Part shown: positions 9,701 through 27,543 of the stretch, piece after piece
Numbering within the stretch: position 1 is the stretch's first letter
Layout: each line of letters opens with the position of its first letter
NCBI GenBank assembly: GCA_950097015.1
Contig: CATNEN010000037.1
Coordinates: 2,046,001 to 2,110,000 of the forward strand
DNA: 64,000 bases
Source: Macrostomum hystrix
Taxonomy: Eukaryota; Animalia; Platyhelminthes
Direction of reading: 5' to 3'
The notes under the pieces: model-generated
The model's input: only the letters and a program-made list of their open reading frames with translations
Database searches by the model: none
What the model was told of the DNA's origin: nothing
Program-made: the position numbers and the translations under genes

Positions 9701-12700
9701 TTTCTGCACTCACCTCACTCCAATTCCTTCCCCTACCCCAGTTTCTGAACCCACCTCACTCCAATTCCTTCCCCTACCCCAGCTTCTGCACCCACCTCAC
9801 TCCAATTCCTTCCCCTACCCCAGTTTTTGCACCCACCTCACTCCAATTCCTTTCCCCTACCTCAGATTCTGCACCCAACTGATTCCATTTTCTCCATCTT
9901 GCCGAGCTTTTGCTACCACCTCATTTTTAAGTTCTTTAACCCTCTCAGAATTTTTTCAGCAATAACCTACCAACCCAACCATTCAACTGTCCAGGGCCTA
10001 AAAGGCAGCGCTGGTGGCCGATTCTACTGGGAGGCGGAGCCGCTCGAGGTTGGTGGCCTCGGTCGCGTCGGCTGGACAACTGAGTCCGGCTCCTTGGACG
10101 TTGGCCGCGACGCCAACGGCTGGGGCTACGGCGCCGATCACGAAGGCTTCGGGCTGGCCGGCAATCAGGGCAAGAAACTTTTCGACGATGAAATCGAAGC
10201 CTATGGCGAGCCTTTCGCCAAGGGCGACGTAGTCGGCTGCTTCGTAGACTTCGACAACGGCCAGTTGCAGTTCGCTAAGAACGGCGTCCGGTTCGGTCCC
10301 GCATACAACCTGCAGCAGGACGTGCTGGAGCGAGAATCCTTTTTCCCGACCGTGGCCATGAGGGACCAGACATTGGACGTAAATCTCGGCCAAAGGCCGT
10401 TCCACTATCCGCCCGGACCGGAATGGACGCCAGTCTGTCTCGCGCCGGAGTCCAGCGTCCAACGCTCCGGCCGCGTAGGCATTTCTGAGGTACGAAATTC
10501 GCAGCAGAATTTCCTTCATTTCTACTCATAGTAGTGCCGTTGGAAGATGTCGAAATTAGGTTTTTATTTTTGTTTCACTTTGCCGTTCCTACTATCAGTA
10601 GTCTCAATTGGGCAGCGCGAAAATTTAAACTTGCAGCGAAAGTCAACAAAGAAAGGCTTCAAATATGCCGACCCGGCAACTGTGCGACAGAGCCTCATCA
10701 TTCGGGTTAGATTAATCCCATATATTAATCGGAGAAGTGCTTTGAGCACCGAGCATGCAAATACAATATTTTCCAGTTTTTTGCGCTTTAGTCTAGCTTT
10801 GCTATTTCAGCTTTGCTTGCCTACAAGCTAATGATGAGCTGATAAGCACATTGTATCTATACTTTTCTCGCAAATCTTACTAATTGGAGTTGGCACAAAT
10901 CGATAAATATTACACCTGACCCAGTAATGCCATACTTATATAAGGCGAGAAAAAAGCGAACGCCAAATACCCTACTAACAGTAGTGCAGTTGGAAGAGCG
11001 AAGCCTAACTTATAGGCGGCCAGTGAATTAAACCAGCCCCTTTAAGTCCTCGGAAGCCTTTTGGAATCGTTTTAAAAATTTTTTTACTTGTCTTTTCATT
11101 GTATTTTTATTTACTCAGAAAACTGGTCTCGACATCAGCTCGCCATAGATGATTTAGTAAACATTTACTTGCTTGAAACACCTTGCAGAATTCCAATCTG
11201 CCGGCTGTGGACCAGAAGTACGATATGATCCGCGAGAACAAGCCGCAGATCAAGGCTCCGCCACGCGAACCGCCTGCCGCATCCATCACTGTACACGAGA
11301 GCCGCACAGAAGTGAGTCTCAGTATTTAAACCGGAGGTGCCCATTTAGCCTGTAGTTAAATTAAAGTTTGCCGTTTGCCTTTGCACGGACCAAGGAAAGA
11401 GATGAAGGCCATCCTGAAGAGGTTTTTAAAGGAGCGGAATCGCAGCAGACTCAACCAAAGACGATGCACAAAGACGCGATCATTGTGTCTACTGTAAATT
11501 ATTTATATTCAGCTATTCAAGCAGCTTTTGCGAACCTAATTTCGGAACCTAATTTGATTATTGCCTAAACTGTTTTAAGCGCAAAGAAACCTTTGCATGT
11601 TTATAATAAGCATTTAACAGTATTTTACAATTATACCTAAACTATTGCACCATCTACACGTATTTCTGTGAGCAGCGTCTGGAACTTAAAATTGTGTGGA
11701 ATTGACGCTACAGTAAGGGATTTAAGTGAGGTGGGTGTAATACGGTCGCTAGGGTAAGGAAGTGGAGTGAGGTGGGTTTGTGTTGTGTGCGTTGGGCCGG
11801 GTGTGAGGCGTTGTATGGGGGTGGGGCGGGTGTACACCAGCCATGCGTGCTCTGAGCGGCGAGGTTTCACCAGCCGTCTGCGCGCGTGGCTTGGTCCTCT
11901 CGTCCCTTCCCCTCAGGCATCTAAGTCGTCCCCTGGTTTGGTCTGCTCTGTGCGTGTGCGGGCCTGGGGTGAGAGGCACTCCGACTGCCGTCCCCTTCCC
12001 CGCTTGGCTTGCTGCTGTGTATGAGGTGCCTGAGTCCAGGGTCCAGATGGCGCGATGGGCGACTCCCGCCTAGTTCGCCGGCCTGGGGGCATGCCGTTCC
12101 TGTGCTTGTGCGTCAAGTGCCCAAGGCCCCCTGCAATTAAGTAAAGAGGTGGATGTCGAATGCTTGTGTAAGGTATTTAAGTGAGGTGGGTGTAAATACG
12201 ATCGCTAGGATAAGGAAGTGGAGTGAGGTGGGTGTAAAATTGACGCTAGGGTATGGATGTGGAGTGGGGTGGGTGTAGAATAGACGCTAGGGAAGGGAAG
12301 TGGAATGAGGTAGGTGTATTACGGTCGTTTGGGTAAGGGAGTTGGAATGATTTAGAGACTAGAAGACACTGGAGTTAGTGAAGTGAAGGTCGGTGTAGAA
12401 TGGACACTAGGGTTAAAAAGCGCAGTGAGGCGGGGTAGAAATAGCGGCTGGATACTAGATTTCGTGTCGATTTACATCGATGTGGGTAATACGAGTATAT
12501 TGAATTTATAAATTTGCTAGTAAATATCCATGGCTGTTATTTTTCTGAGTGGGCAAACGAACCCGCTTGTAAGTATTTAAATAAAAAGTCAAGACCTTCT
12601 CAGGAGAAACGTATTCTTTAAGGTATAAATGATCAGACTTCAGAAGCTTTTACCGACGAAGAAAACTGATTTATGCATCTCAAAAATGCTCGAATAAAAT

Positions 12701-14331
12701 GCGTTTGTCTCTACTATGAAGTAGACTATAATGAATATTTAACAGGAGAAAAAATAAGGTGAAGCTATTTTAAAACTCAACAACTTTCTGCCAATTTCTC
12801 AGAGCGAGCACATGGGCGAGCCAGAAGAAGAGATTGTAACCTACGTTGACGAGCACGGCAACACCATCACGAAGAAGGTTATTCGCAGCAAGAAGACGCG
12901 CCAGGTGGTCACTAGCAAAGTGATTGAGACTCGAGGCCCCATGCCGGATAGCAACCCGACCACCACTGAGCACTTGGAGAAGTCGGTGAGTACCCGGATG
13001 TACCGAGTAGAGAAATCACAGTGGCGTGCATGATATGCACGTAATTAGCTCGTAAAGGTTTAAAAAACTAATGATTTCTTAAGTTTTGAAAAGTTGCTTA
13101 AATTACTTCAATATCTAAACCTTCTTAGTTAACGAAATTGGCTTAAAATTTACTACGAGTACTTAGTTAACGTTTTAAAAAAGTTAACGATAAAATCTGA
13201 CAGAATTTCATTTTAACGAATAAAAATATGCTTCAGCAATGCCCATCGCTGAAAATCAGATATCGTGGGTCATTCTTATGAAACTAAAACGAGGGGGAGA
13301 GAGCGACGGAAAGCTGCAGGGGAAAAACCCATGACATTTCCATGATACTCGTTTCTTAGACCAAATCTGGCGCCTCCGGCCTGACCCGCAAGGAGACCCG
13401 AACTGGCCGGCGCAACCTGGCCCTGTACGAGGATGGCGGCGAAGAGGACGATGTGAGACCCGCTTTCTACTTTTTTCATTCTAGCTAATTTTCTGTTTGA
13501 ACTTTTTTTTGGTTTCATGAATGAAAATTGCATAGGAAGAAATGGACTAGCTAGTACTCGGTTACGTCATACATAAGAGCTAAAAATAGCACCTGACTCG
13601 GGTTAGCAGGCATTTCCCTTAGACAGTGTACACACTGAGCTAAAAATAGCACCTGACTCGGGTTAGCAGGCATTTCCCTTAGACAGCGTACACACTGAGC
13701 TAAAAATAGCACCTGACTCGGGTTAGCAGGCATTTCAATTGGGCAGTGTACACACTGAGCTAAAAATAGCACCTGACTCGGGTTAGCAGGCATTTCCCTT
13801 AGACAGTGTACACACTGAGCTAAAAATAGCACCTGACTCGGGTTAGCAGGCATTTCCCTTAGACAGCGTACACACTGAGCTAAAAATAGCACCTGACTCG
13901 GGTTAGCAGGCATTTCAATTGGGCAGTGTACACACTGAGCTAAAAATACGAGCGTAGCAACTGAATAACTAAGGCAGTGTACAGCCAGAGCTAAATATTG
14001 CTTCATACAGTTTCATGCAATGTTTCATGCCGACCTTGTGGCAGAAATTTAGAGCAGGATATTTTAAAACATACAGACAGAAGACGAGCAATTGTAAAGT
14101 GTCTCATCTGAGCAACCCTCTTAAGACAAATCAGTTCATTAATCTTGCTAGTATTATTAATAAAATAAAACAACGATTTTAAAATTAATCGACCAGATGC
14201 TGAGCGACATCATCTATCAGCAGACTGGCCTGAGTCGGCAGGACAAGATCATGGATGAGAATGTGAACGATTTCAGCATGTCCACCATTGACTCCAGGAA
14301 GACTCCAGCCAAGCATGAGAGCGAAATCTGA
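3478..14331 (+). CDS. Band 4.1/Coracle-like protein, 5'-partial: FERM - FA - SPRY - SPRY - degenerate 4.1 C-terminal region (about 937 aa encoded in window)
   Basis: Exons 3478-3710, 4317-4744, 5010-5164, 7920-8344, 8940-9485, 9995-10489, 11189-11311, 12803-12985, 13360-13452, 14197-14331 (TGA). All junctions are GT..AG and phase-consistent (0,2,1,0,0,0,0,0,0). FERM motifs VKFYPPDP, LGSYVLQSEVGD, YGVDMH, FSWPKILKVSYK, AKRLWRAVVEHHQFFR. The FERM F1 exons were not found in the window. Confidence 0.85.
3965..4282. repeat. Degenerate GGTGCACACTGTACATTC.. intronic repeat
   Basis: Recurrent motif at irregular spacing. Confidence 0.8.
4317..4744 (+). CDS. FERM domain exon (F2/F3 lobes)
   Basis: cttcag acceptor and cg|gtgagt donor; [32 protein letters not shown]...RINRFSWPKILKVSYKRN...AKRLWRAVVEHHQFFR. 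Confidence 0.95.
5010..5164 (+). CDS. FERM-adjacent (FA-like) exon
   Basis: ccacag acceptor completes the split Arg codon; GTFKGRWGTGMQSQ resembles the FA motif GSKFRYSGRTQ; a|gtaagc donor. Confidence 0.8.
5375..5846. repeat. 42-bp C-rich minisatellite (CCTCACTCCACTTCCTTCCC core family)
   Basis: Period 42; same core as 9586-9876 and, inverted, 11713-12440 and 14662-14897. Confidence 0.95.
6817..7755. repeat. Purine-rich ~14-bp repeat GAGCGGAGAGGGAA / GAACCGAGAGGGAA
   Basis: Direct reading; almost no T on the + strand. Confidence 0.95.
7920..8344 (+). CDS. Linker plus N-terminal part of DDX1-type SPRY domain 1
   Basis: ccctcag acceptor (phase 1) and cgg|gtaagc donor; WRMNPSD...DWQGCRSDRGIRASAGGQWYYE...RIGWADGNADLNLG parallels the DDX1 SPRY start (MNPYD..WHGCRATKG..KHYYE..RVGWS..LDLG). 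Confidence 0.85.
8357..8884. repeat. 21-bp minisatellite GACCAGGG(CC/AT)TGT(C/T)TGAAACT filling the intron that splits SPRY1
   Basis: About 25 units between donor 8345 and acceptor 8939. Confidence 0.95.
8940..9485 (+). CDS. C-terminal part of SPRY domain 1 plus start of SPRY domain 2
   Basis: ttgcag acceptor and aag|gttggt donor; GCGFG..YGVELVAGDIVGAFLDLDNGTVAYAVNGRELGPAH..VYPAACL..AEWNFG..YPP, followed by WLLNPHD..GWQGVRSNK. Confidence 0.87.
9586..9876. repeat. ~43-bp C-rich minisatellite (CCTCACTCCA core family)
   Basis: Direct reading; about 7 units. Confidence 0.9.
9995..10489 (+). CDS. Body of DDX1-type SPRY domain 2
   Basis: gtccag acceptor and gag|gtacga donor; GRFYWE..GRVGWTT..SLDVGRDANGWGYG..GKK..YGEPFAKGDVVGCFVDFDNGQLQFAKNGVRFGPAY..FFPTVAM..VNLG..FHYPP. 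Confidence 0.92.
11189..14331 (+). CDS. Last four coding exons of the FERM/SPRY gene (11189-11311, 12803-12985, 13360-13452, 14197-14331)
   Basis: Four phase-0 exons with cag/tag acceptors and gtgag donors, open frame ending ..KHESEI*. The T/V/K/E-rich segment and TKSGASGLTRKETR..EEDDMLSDII weakly resemble the band 4.1 C-terminal domain. Confidence 0.75.
11713..12440. repeat. Degenerate G-rich copies of the 42-bp family, interrupted by a GC-rich insert (11778-12167)
   Basis: GAAGTGGAGTGAGGTGGGTGTA cores at 11713-11777 and 12168-12440. Confidence 0.8.
13568..13947. repeat. 60-bp minisatellite, six units arranged as a 180-bp trimer x2
   Basis: Variant order A,B,C,A,B,C (cccttagacagt / cccttagacagc / caattgggcagt). 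Confidence 0.95.
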
Positions 14332-14661
14332 GCAGGCGCCAAGTCCGCTGCGCCCTCGTCCTTTCCTAATGGCCTGCACACACTAAGAATACATAAATAT
14401 ATAAATGTTTTCAGCACTGGACATCAACTCATTGAGTGAATGCCTTGACCAGCTATATAGAGCAGCCTCGCTTTATATTAAATAGATCAGTGTGCCAATA
14501 CCGGCTTGGATTGCTTGAAATTCAATGTGTGTTTTAGCATTTGTCAGTCCTTATGAAAAAAATTAGGACTGAATATTCGACTAATCCAAAAATAGGAACA
14601 CTTAATAGCAGATATAAAATTTGATAGTTAAAATTAGTTTAAAATTTACGACAATAATAAC

Positions 14662-14897
14662 GTGGAGTGAGGTGGGTGTAAAATGGACACTAGGGTGAGG
14701 AAGTGGAGTGAGTTTGGTGCAGAATTTGCGCTTAGGTTAAGGAAGTGGAGTGAGGTGGGTGCAGAATTTGCGCTTAGGTTAAGGAAGTGGAGTGAGGTGG
14801 GTGCAGAATTTGAGCTTAGGGTAGGGAAGTGGAGTGAGATGGGTGCAGAATTTGCGCTTAGGGTAGGGAAGTGGAGTGAGGTGGGTGCAGAATTTGC
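14662..14897. repeat. 42-bp G-rich minisatellite (same family, inverted)
   Basis: GGAAGTGGAGTGAGGTGGGTGCAGAATTTGCGCTTAGG units. Confidence 0.9.
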
Positions 14898-16299
14898 AAA
14901 AATGTCAATTCGTAAGCAATCCACAGGTTGGTGTGAATTTTTACTCATGCTTAACGGCCTGACCCTGTTCCCTCTAGCTCTTTTAAATATCGTTCCAAAG
15001 TGCGCACTGTACTGATTATGCGCTAATTTCACCCGACTTCTTGCAGTTTTTGTTATATTGCGTTTTATAGTGCTAGTTGTTTTACTAACGGTGAAATAAT
15101 ATAGTTCGCTAAAGTATATCAACTATCTTCTAGCCTAACTTAGCTAGAGGCGATAGAAGCAGTTGAATGATATTTTATTGGACGTCAGCTTGTACTGAGA
15201 AATAATGCTTTAAATTCTATGAAAAGCTGCCATTGTCACAACATTTATTAATTAATCTTCATTTTAAATACAAAATTATGAACACCTATTTGCTTATTTC
15301 TGTTTTCCATTAGTTGTTGCTATTGTATTTTGTTTTAATTATCGAAAATTGTCACTATTTTCTAATGGAAAATCTTTAGTAACGCCTCAGCCAACGAATA
15401 ATAGTTTTCTGTGTCTTCCCATCCTTCATCCAGCTTTTTAAATAGAATTTGTTCATCCGGTCAAATAAAATTTGATACGCCAATACTGATTGGCCATCAG
15501 TAGCATGTTGAGCTTTTTATCGCTCTTTTTTGTTGTTTCGGTGACACGCGCCTTCCATTATTGCGTCAAACTGTTGTAGCCAGTTATTTTTTTATACTAT
15601 ATTTAAACTCTGCGCGTAACTGTCAATATCAGTTTTGGCGGATCGGTTAAAACGATTGTTTGTTATTTTATTTCAGTTTTTTATCAACCTTTTTAAGAAA
15701 AAATTCATTAAAAATAGTTTTTAAGCTAACTTTTCGCCCTAATCAAAATGAACTAATTCGTTTTACCTACTTTGGTCCTGTTTCTGAATTGCCGGTATAA
15801 TTTTTTGCTTCGTTTTTTTAATGACAAAAATGCTGAAATGCTCGCCCGCTATCTGGCAATACGCGCACGCACTACTGAAAGTAACATTTTAGCGCATGAT
15901 TAATATTGACGGGAATAAAATGGCAGATTCGAAATCTGTGAACTTTTTCTGATTTTCTAATTGGCTACGAAAATGTGTCGTTGGCGACGGCTTGCTTAAG
16001 CTGCAACTACCTGCGCTGATTTTTTATTGCTTGATTTGTTTGCGGAAGAAACTAACTTTATTTAGTTTTACACAAGCAAATAGTTAACAGGACAGTTTTA
16101 CAAGTTCTTAATATTATTTAATAAAAAACTATTTAACGGTTCTTCAAACTAGTTAGTTTTGTTATTAGGTATATGGAATGTTTATCACGAACATGGATTA
16201 TGGATCCATGAACAGACACCGAATCCGTTACTTTTCAGGATCTATATCTATACTAAAGTTACGTTACTTTTAATATTACGTTAAGATTCTCGAATATTT

Positions 16300-16640
16300 C
16301 GTTAGTTTTAAGGATTAGGAAAATTGTCCCATCAAAGGTTTCGTTACTTTTTAGGATTGAGATTATCGAAGATTTCGTTAGTTTTAAGGATTTGGATTAT
16401 CAAAATGTTTCGTTACTTTTTAGGATTAAGATTATCAAATATTTCGTTAGTTTTAAGGATTAGGATTATCAAAGGTTTCGTTACTTTTTAGGATTGAGAT
16501 TATCAAAGGTTTCGTTACTTTTAAGGATTGAGATTATCGAAGATTTCGTTAGTTTTAAGGATTAGGATTATCAAAGGTTTCGTTACTTTTTAGGATTGAG
16601 ATTATCAAAGGTTTCGTTACTTTTTAGGATTGAGATTATC
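16300..16640. repeat. ~39-40-bp AT-rich minisatellite GGATTGAGATTATCAAAGGTTTCGTTACTTTTTA
   Basis: Direct reading. Confidence 0.9.
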
Positions 16641-16975
16641 GCATTCAACCTCGGTCAATTTGCTGTTATTTGTGTTCCGCGCAAACATGTTATGGCAAAT
16701 GGGCCCAAGTGATTGACTCCAGCCGTTGGCCCGTCAGTAAACATTGAGAACACTTTCGCTTCCCGCGGCTTGTCTATCTTTGTCAACTAAAACTTCCTGC
16801 TTCAGCATCGGTGCTGTATTTGCTTTTGCATTTGGCGAAAAGCAGTTTACTAATGTGTCAACAGGGCCAGTTGGAAAGCATGGTATAAAGCCTAAGTCAC
16901 TGATGACTCAGACAGAAATATCCTAAAACTAGTTTTCTTGTTGGACACAGCTGCGGTTGCCAGCTAACCGCTAGA

Positions 16976-18258
16976 ATGAAATTGCTTTTCATTGTTCTTT
17001 TGATGATACCCTTCACGTCAGGTAAGCCAACACTGGGTTTAGTTTTGCTCTCGCACCAAGGTCCATGAGTTCGATGGAATCGAGCTAATTGGACAAAATA
17101 TTTCTAAAATGTAACGCAGGTCAGGCAGATTTCCAAGCGGTGCCTCAAACTGACTGCGCCTGCGTTGACATCAACTATCCATCTGCCATGTCCAAGTCTG
17201 ACTGCGTGTTGAAATGCCTGACTGAGCCAACATGTAGATCTATGCGTTACAACGATACCACTGGCAAGTGTGAGATGTCATCTAACTCTGATGGCTGCTT
17301 CTACTATGTACCGGAGGGTTCTGTCTTGTATCGCAAGTCTGGTAAACATTTTTCTAAAGCATGTGGTTTTACAGGGCCGTCAGCCAATCAGCGGCAGGGA
17401 AAGGATAGAGGGAAACGGTAGAGTGGGGATGGGGCTAGACTGAGCTTTTCCCAGCCAATCAGCGGCAGGGAAAGGAAAGAGAGAAACAGTAGAGAGGAGA
17501 CATCGAATGAGCATGTGCCAGCCAGTCAGCGATGGGTAATGAATAGAGAGAAAAAAAGAGAAAACATACTCGTATTTTGGTACACATGTCAAGAAACTGA
17601 GATATTCTTTATCGTTGAACAAACGCATTCAGCATCCTCGCCAGTCAATCCGTCCAAGTGCCTGATTCAGAAGCGCACAGACAAGACCTTGGACTTTAGC
17701 AGAACATGGACGGATTACGTCAACGGTTTCGGGGACGATAAGAACTTCTGGCTGGGTGAGTCGGTGATATTATACGATATCCAAAAAAAAATTTACTGCC
17801 TCTAATAGCACCATTCCTTATCTGCAGGACTCGACAAGATTCACCAGATCACGGTGAATGCCACAGCCACGCTGAAACTTGAAATGAATAGCGGAACCAA
17901 GTTTTACACATTGAGGTACAGCGACTTTCGTATTGGCAGATCAGCTAGCAACTACACCATGAACTACACCGCACTTATACGCAGTGCCAGCTCGAACCAG
18001 TTCGACGGCGACTCGCTGCTGTTGAGCCGAGGTGCCCAATTCGCCACCAAAGATTCGATTGGAAATCCCGTCGGTATGGCCTGCTCGGTTGCCTACGGTC
18101 AGAGTGGCTGGTGGTTCGGCCCGAATTGCAGCGACGCCAATCCCAACGGACAGTACGGAATGCATGGCCTGGTCGATAATCCAAAGTACATGGCATGGAG
18201 CAATGGCACCGGACAATGGCTAGCAATGGATGGCTTCAATATTTACCTGACCCTCTGA
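16976..18258 (+). CDS. Secreted PAN/Apple + fibrinogen C-terminal (FReD) domain protein, 273 aa
   Basis: Exons 16976-17021, 17120-17341, 17633-17755, 17828-18258, all phase 1 GT-AG. Signal peptide MKLLFIVLLMIPFTSG; PAN pattern SKSDCVLKCLTEPTCRSMRYNDTTGKCEM; FReD motifs IQKR.D..LDFSRTWTDYVNGFG..NFWLGLDKIHQIT, FATKD, GWWFGPNCSDANPNGQY. Confidence 0.92.
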
Positions 18259-18259
18259 A

Positions 18260-18525
<266 letters not shown>

Positions 18526-18779
18526 TTTCGCTCCGTTCCAAAAGGGGAGATGTGGGACGATTTGAGAACCATGAAAACGAAAAAATATACCGGCCTAGCT
18601 GACAATCAGCAAATCATCAATAACAAAGACTCTGCGTGAATTAAGCACCGTTTAAATCTTTTTTCAAACCAGGAAAATAAACAAATCATTTTGTTTGTTG
18701 GTGCATCCGATATAGCGCAACTGAAATTCTGTTAGTCACCAAGGACACGCAGAAAGGAAACTCTCAGTATAAGCTATTT

Positions 18780-25043
<6,264 letters not shown>

Positions 25044-25939
25044 CCAGGTCCTTTTTGTTTTAATTTTTTTCGACGCGCCTTTTCAAATGATTGATTTCTT
25101 CGATATAGAAAACTGACAAGTAGAGAGAGAGAGAGAGAGAGTTACCGTGACACACGTGACACAGAAAAGTGCTGGAGATATTAAAGCCATTCTTCCACTT
25201 CCCGGTAAAACGTCGAAAGCACTCTAGCATGCCAGAAATACCACATACCACCAGCCAGCAGGGTAACCATTGCCTGTCTATTTCTGACCCCCCGTTAAGG
25301 TCAAGACCTCATCTACAGTGCCTGCATACCGGACCACCTCCAGGACAAGGCAAATTGATGCCTCCTGACCTAATCGCAGTGTGAATCCACTTCTTATTTC
25401 AAGTCCCAGCCTCTCTCCTTCACAACCAGTCTGTCTCTTTTAAGCTGTTGAAATCTGATCTTTATCGTGCAGGCCTACTTCAGTTTCGATTGGGGCGAAA
25501 ACATTGCCAAGTCATTCTTCCTCAAAGAAGTGTTCTATTTTTTTAGCGAAACCAGAGGCTTGCGTGCCTAGATAAGTGGATGAGGGTCTCACGACCTGTT
25601 TTGTTGCCGAGGTTCTCTTTGATACGCATTTATTTTTATCAAATGCCACGCACACAGGCTGCCAGTGAGATTAGATTTTTTATATTTAGACAACCGTGAT
25701 GGCTTTAAAGTGCTTATCCATTGTGTTAAAATTATTTGACTAAATATTTAGTCCACCGATTTTCAGTCAGGCTAATTAATTAAAAAATCAGGAATGTTTT
25801 TCTCATTTTTTAGGAACGCGATAACAGATTGATTGCAGCCTCGCTTGAATGACTTCTTCAACAAAGCTGCACTTTTATGAGTCGATAGACATCACTGATG
25901 CCAAGAACCATCGACATATTAAACATGACATTAAACTGA

Positions 25940-27543
25940 TGACAAGAACAATCACCTACTGACAAGATCAATCACCTACTGACATGAACAATCACCTACT
26001 GATAAGAACAATCACCTACTGACAATACCAATCACCTACTGACAATACCAATCACCTACTGACAATACCAATCACCTACTGACAATACCAATCACCTACT
26101 GACAATACCAATCACCTACTGACAACAACAATCACCTACTGACAATACCAATCACCTACTGACAATACCAATCACCTACTGACAAGACCAATCACCTACT
26201 GACAAGATCAATCACCTACTGACAATACCAATCACCTACTGACAAGACCAATCACCTACTGACAATACCAATCACCTACTGACAAGACCAATCACCTACT
26301 GACAAGATCAATCACCTACTGACAACAACAATCACCTACTGGCAACAACAATCACCTACTGACAATACCAATCACCTACTGACAAGATCAATCACCTACT
26401 GACAAGATCAATCACCTACTGACAAGACCAATCACCTACTGACAAGACCAATCACCTACTGACAAGATCAATCACCTACTGACAAGACCAATCACCTACT
26501 GACAAGATCAATCACCTACTGACAACAACAATCACCTACTGACAACAACAATCACCTACTGACAATACCAATCACCTACTGACAATACCAATCACCTACT
26601 GACAAGATCAATCACCTACTGACAATACCAATCACCTACTGACAAGACCAATCACCTACTGACAATACCAATCACCTACTGACAAGATCAATCACCAACT
26701 GACAAGATCAATCACCTACTGACAATACCAATCACCTACTGACAAGACCAATCACCTACTGACAAGACCAATCACCTACTGACAAGACCAATCACCTACT
26801 GACAAGATCAATCACCTACTGACAACAACAATCACCTACTGGACAACAACAATCACCTACTGACAATACCAATCACCTACTGACAAGATCAATCACCTAC
26901 TGACAAGATCAATCACCTACTGACAAGACCAATCACCTACTGACAAGACCAATCACCTACTGACAAGATCAATCACCTACTGACAAGACCAATCACCTAC
27001 TGACAAGATCAATCACCTACTGACAACAACAATCACCTACTGACAACAACAATCACCTACTGACAATACCAATCACCTACTGACAAGATCAATCACCTAC
27101 TGACAAGATCAATCACCTACTGACAAGACCAATCACCTACTGACAACAACAATCACCTACTGACAACAACAATCACCTACTGACAAGAACAATCACCTAC
27201 TGACAAGACCAATCACCTACTGACAAGATCAATCACCTACTGACATGAACAATCACCTACTGATAAGAACAATCACCTACTGACAAGACCAATCACCTAC
27301 TGACATGAACAATCACCTACTGACATGAACAATCACCTACTGACATGAACAATCACCTACTGATAAGAACAATCACCTACTGACAAGACCAATCACCTAC
27401 TGACATGAACAATCACCTACTGATAAGAACAATCACCTACTGACAAGATCAATCACCTACTGACATGAACAATCACCTACTGATAAGAACAATCACGTAC
27501 TGACAAGACCAATCACCTACTGACATGAACAATCACCTACTGA
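25940..27543. repeat. 20-bp minisatellite GACAA(GAT/TAC/GAC/CAA)CAATCACCTACT
   Basis: About 80 units; variation is largely confined to one triplet. Confidence 0.97.

Noticed and set aside
7920-10489. A separate DDX1 helicase gene or pseudogene
   Set aside because: No DEAD-box motifs flank the SPRYs, the domain is duplicated, and the exons join the FERM exons in phase.
16241-16740. Helitron (TCTATATCTATACTAAAG 5' end plus minisatellite)
   Set aside because: No subterminal hairpin with a CTRR 3' end could be found.
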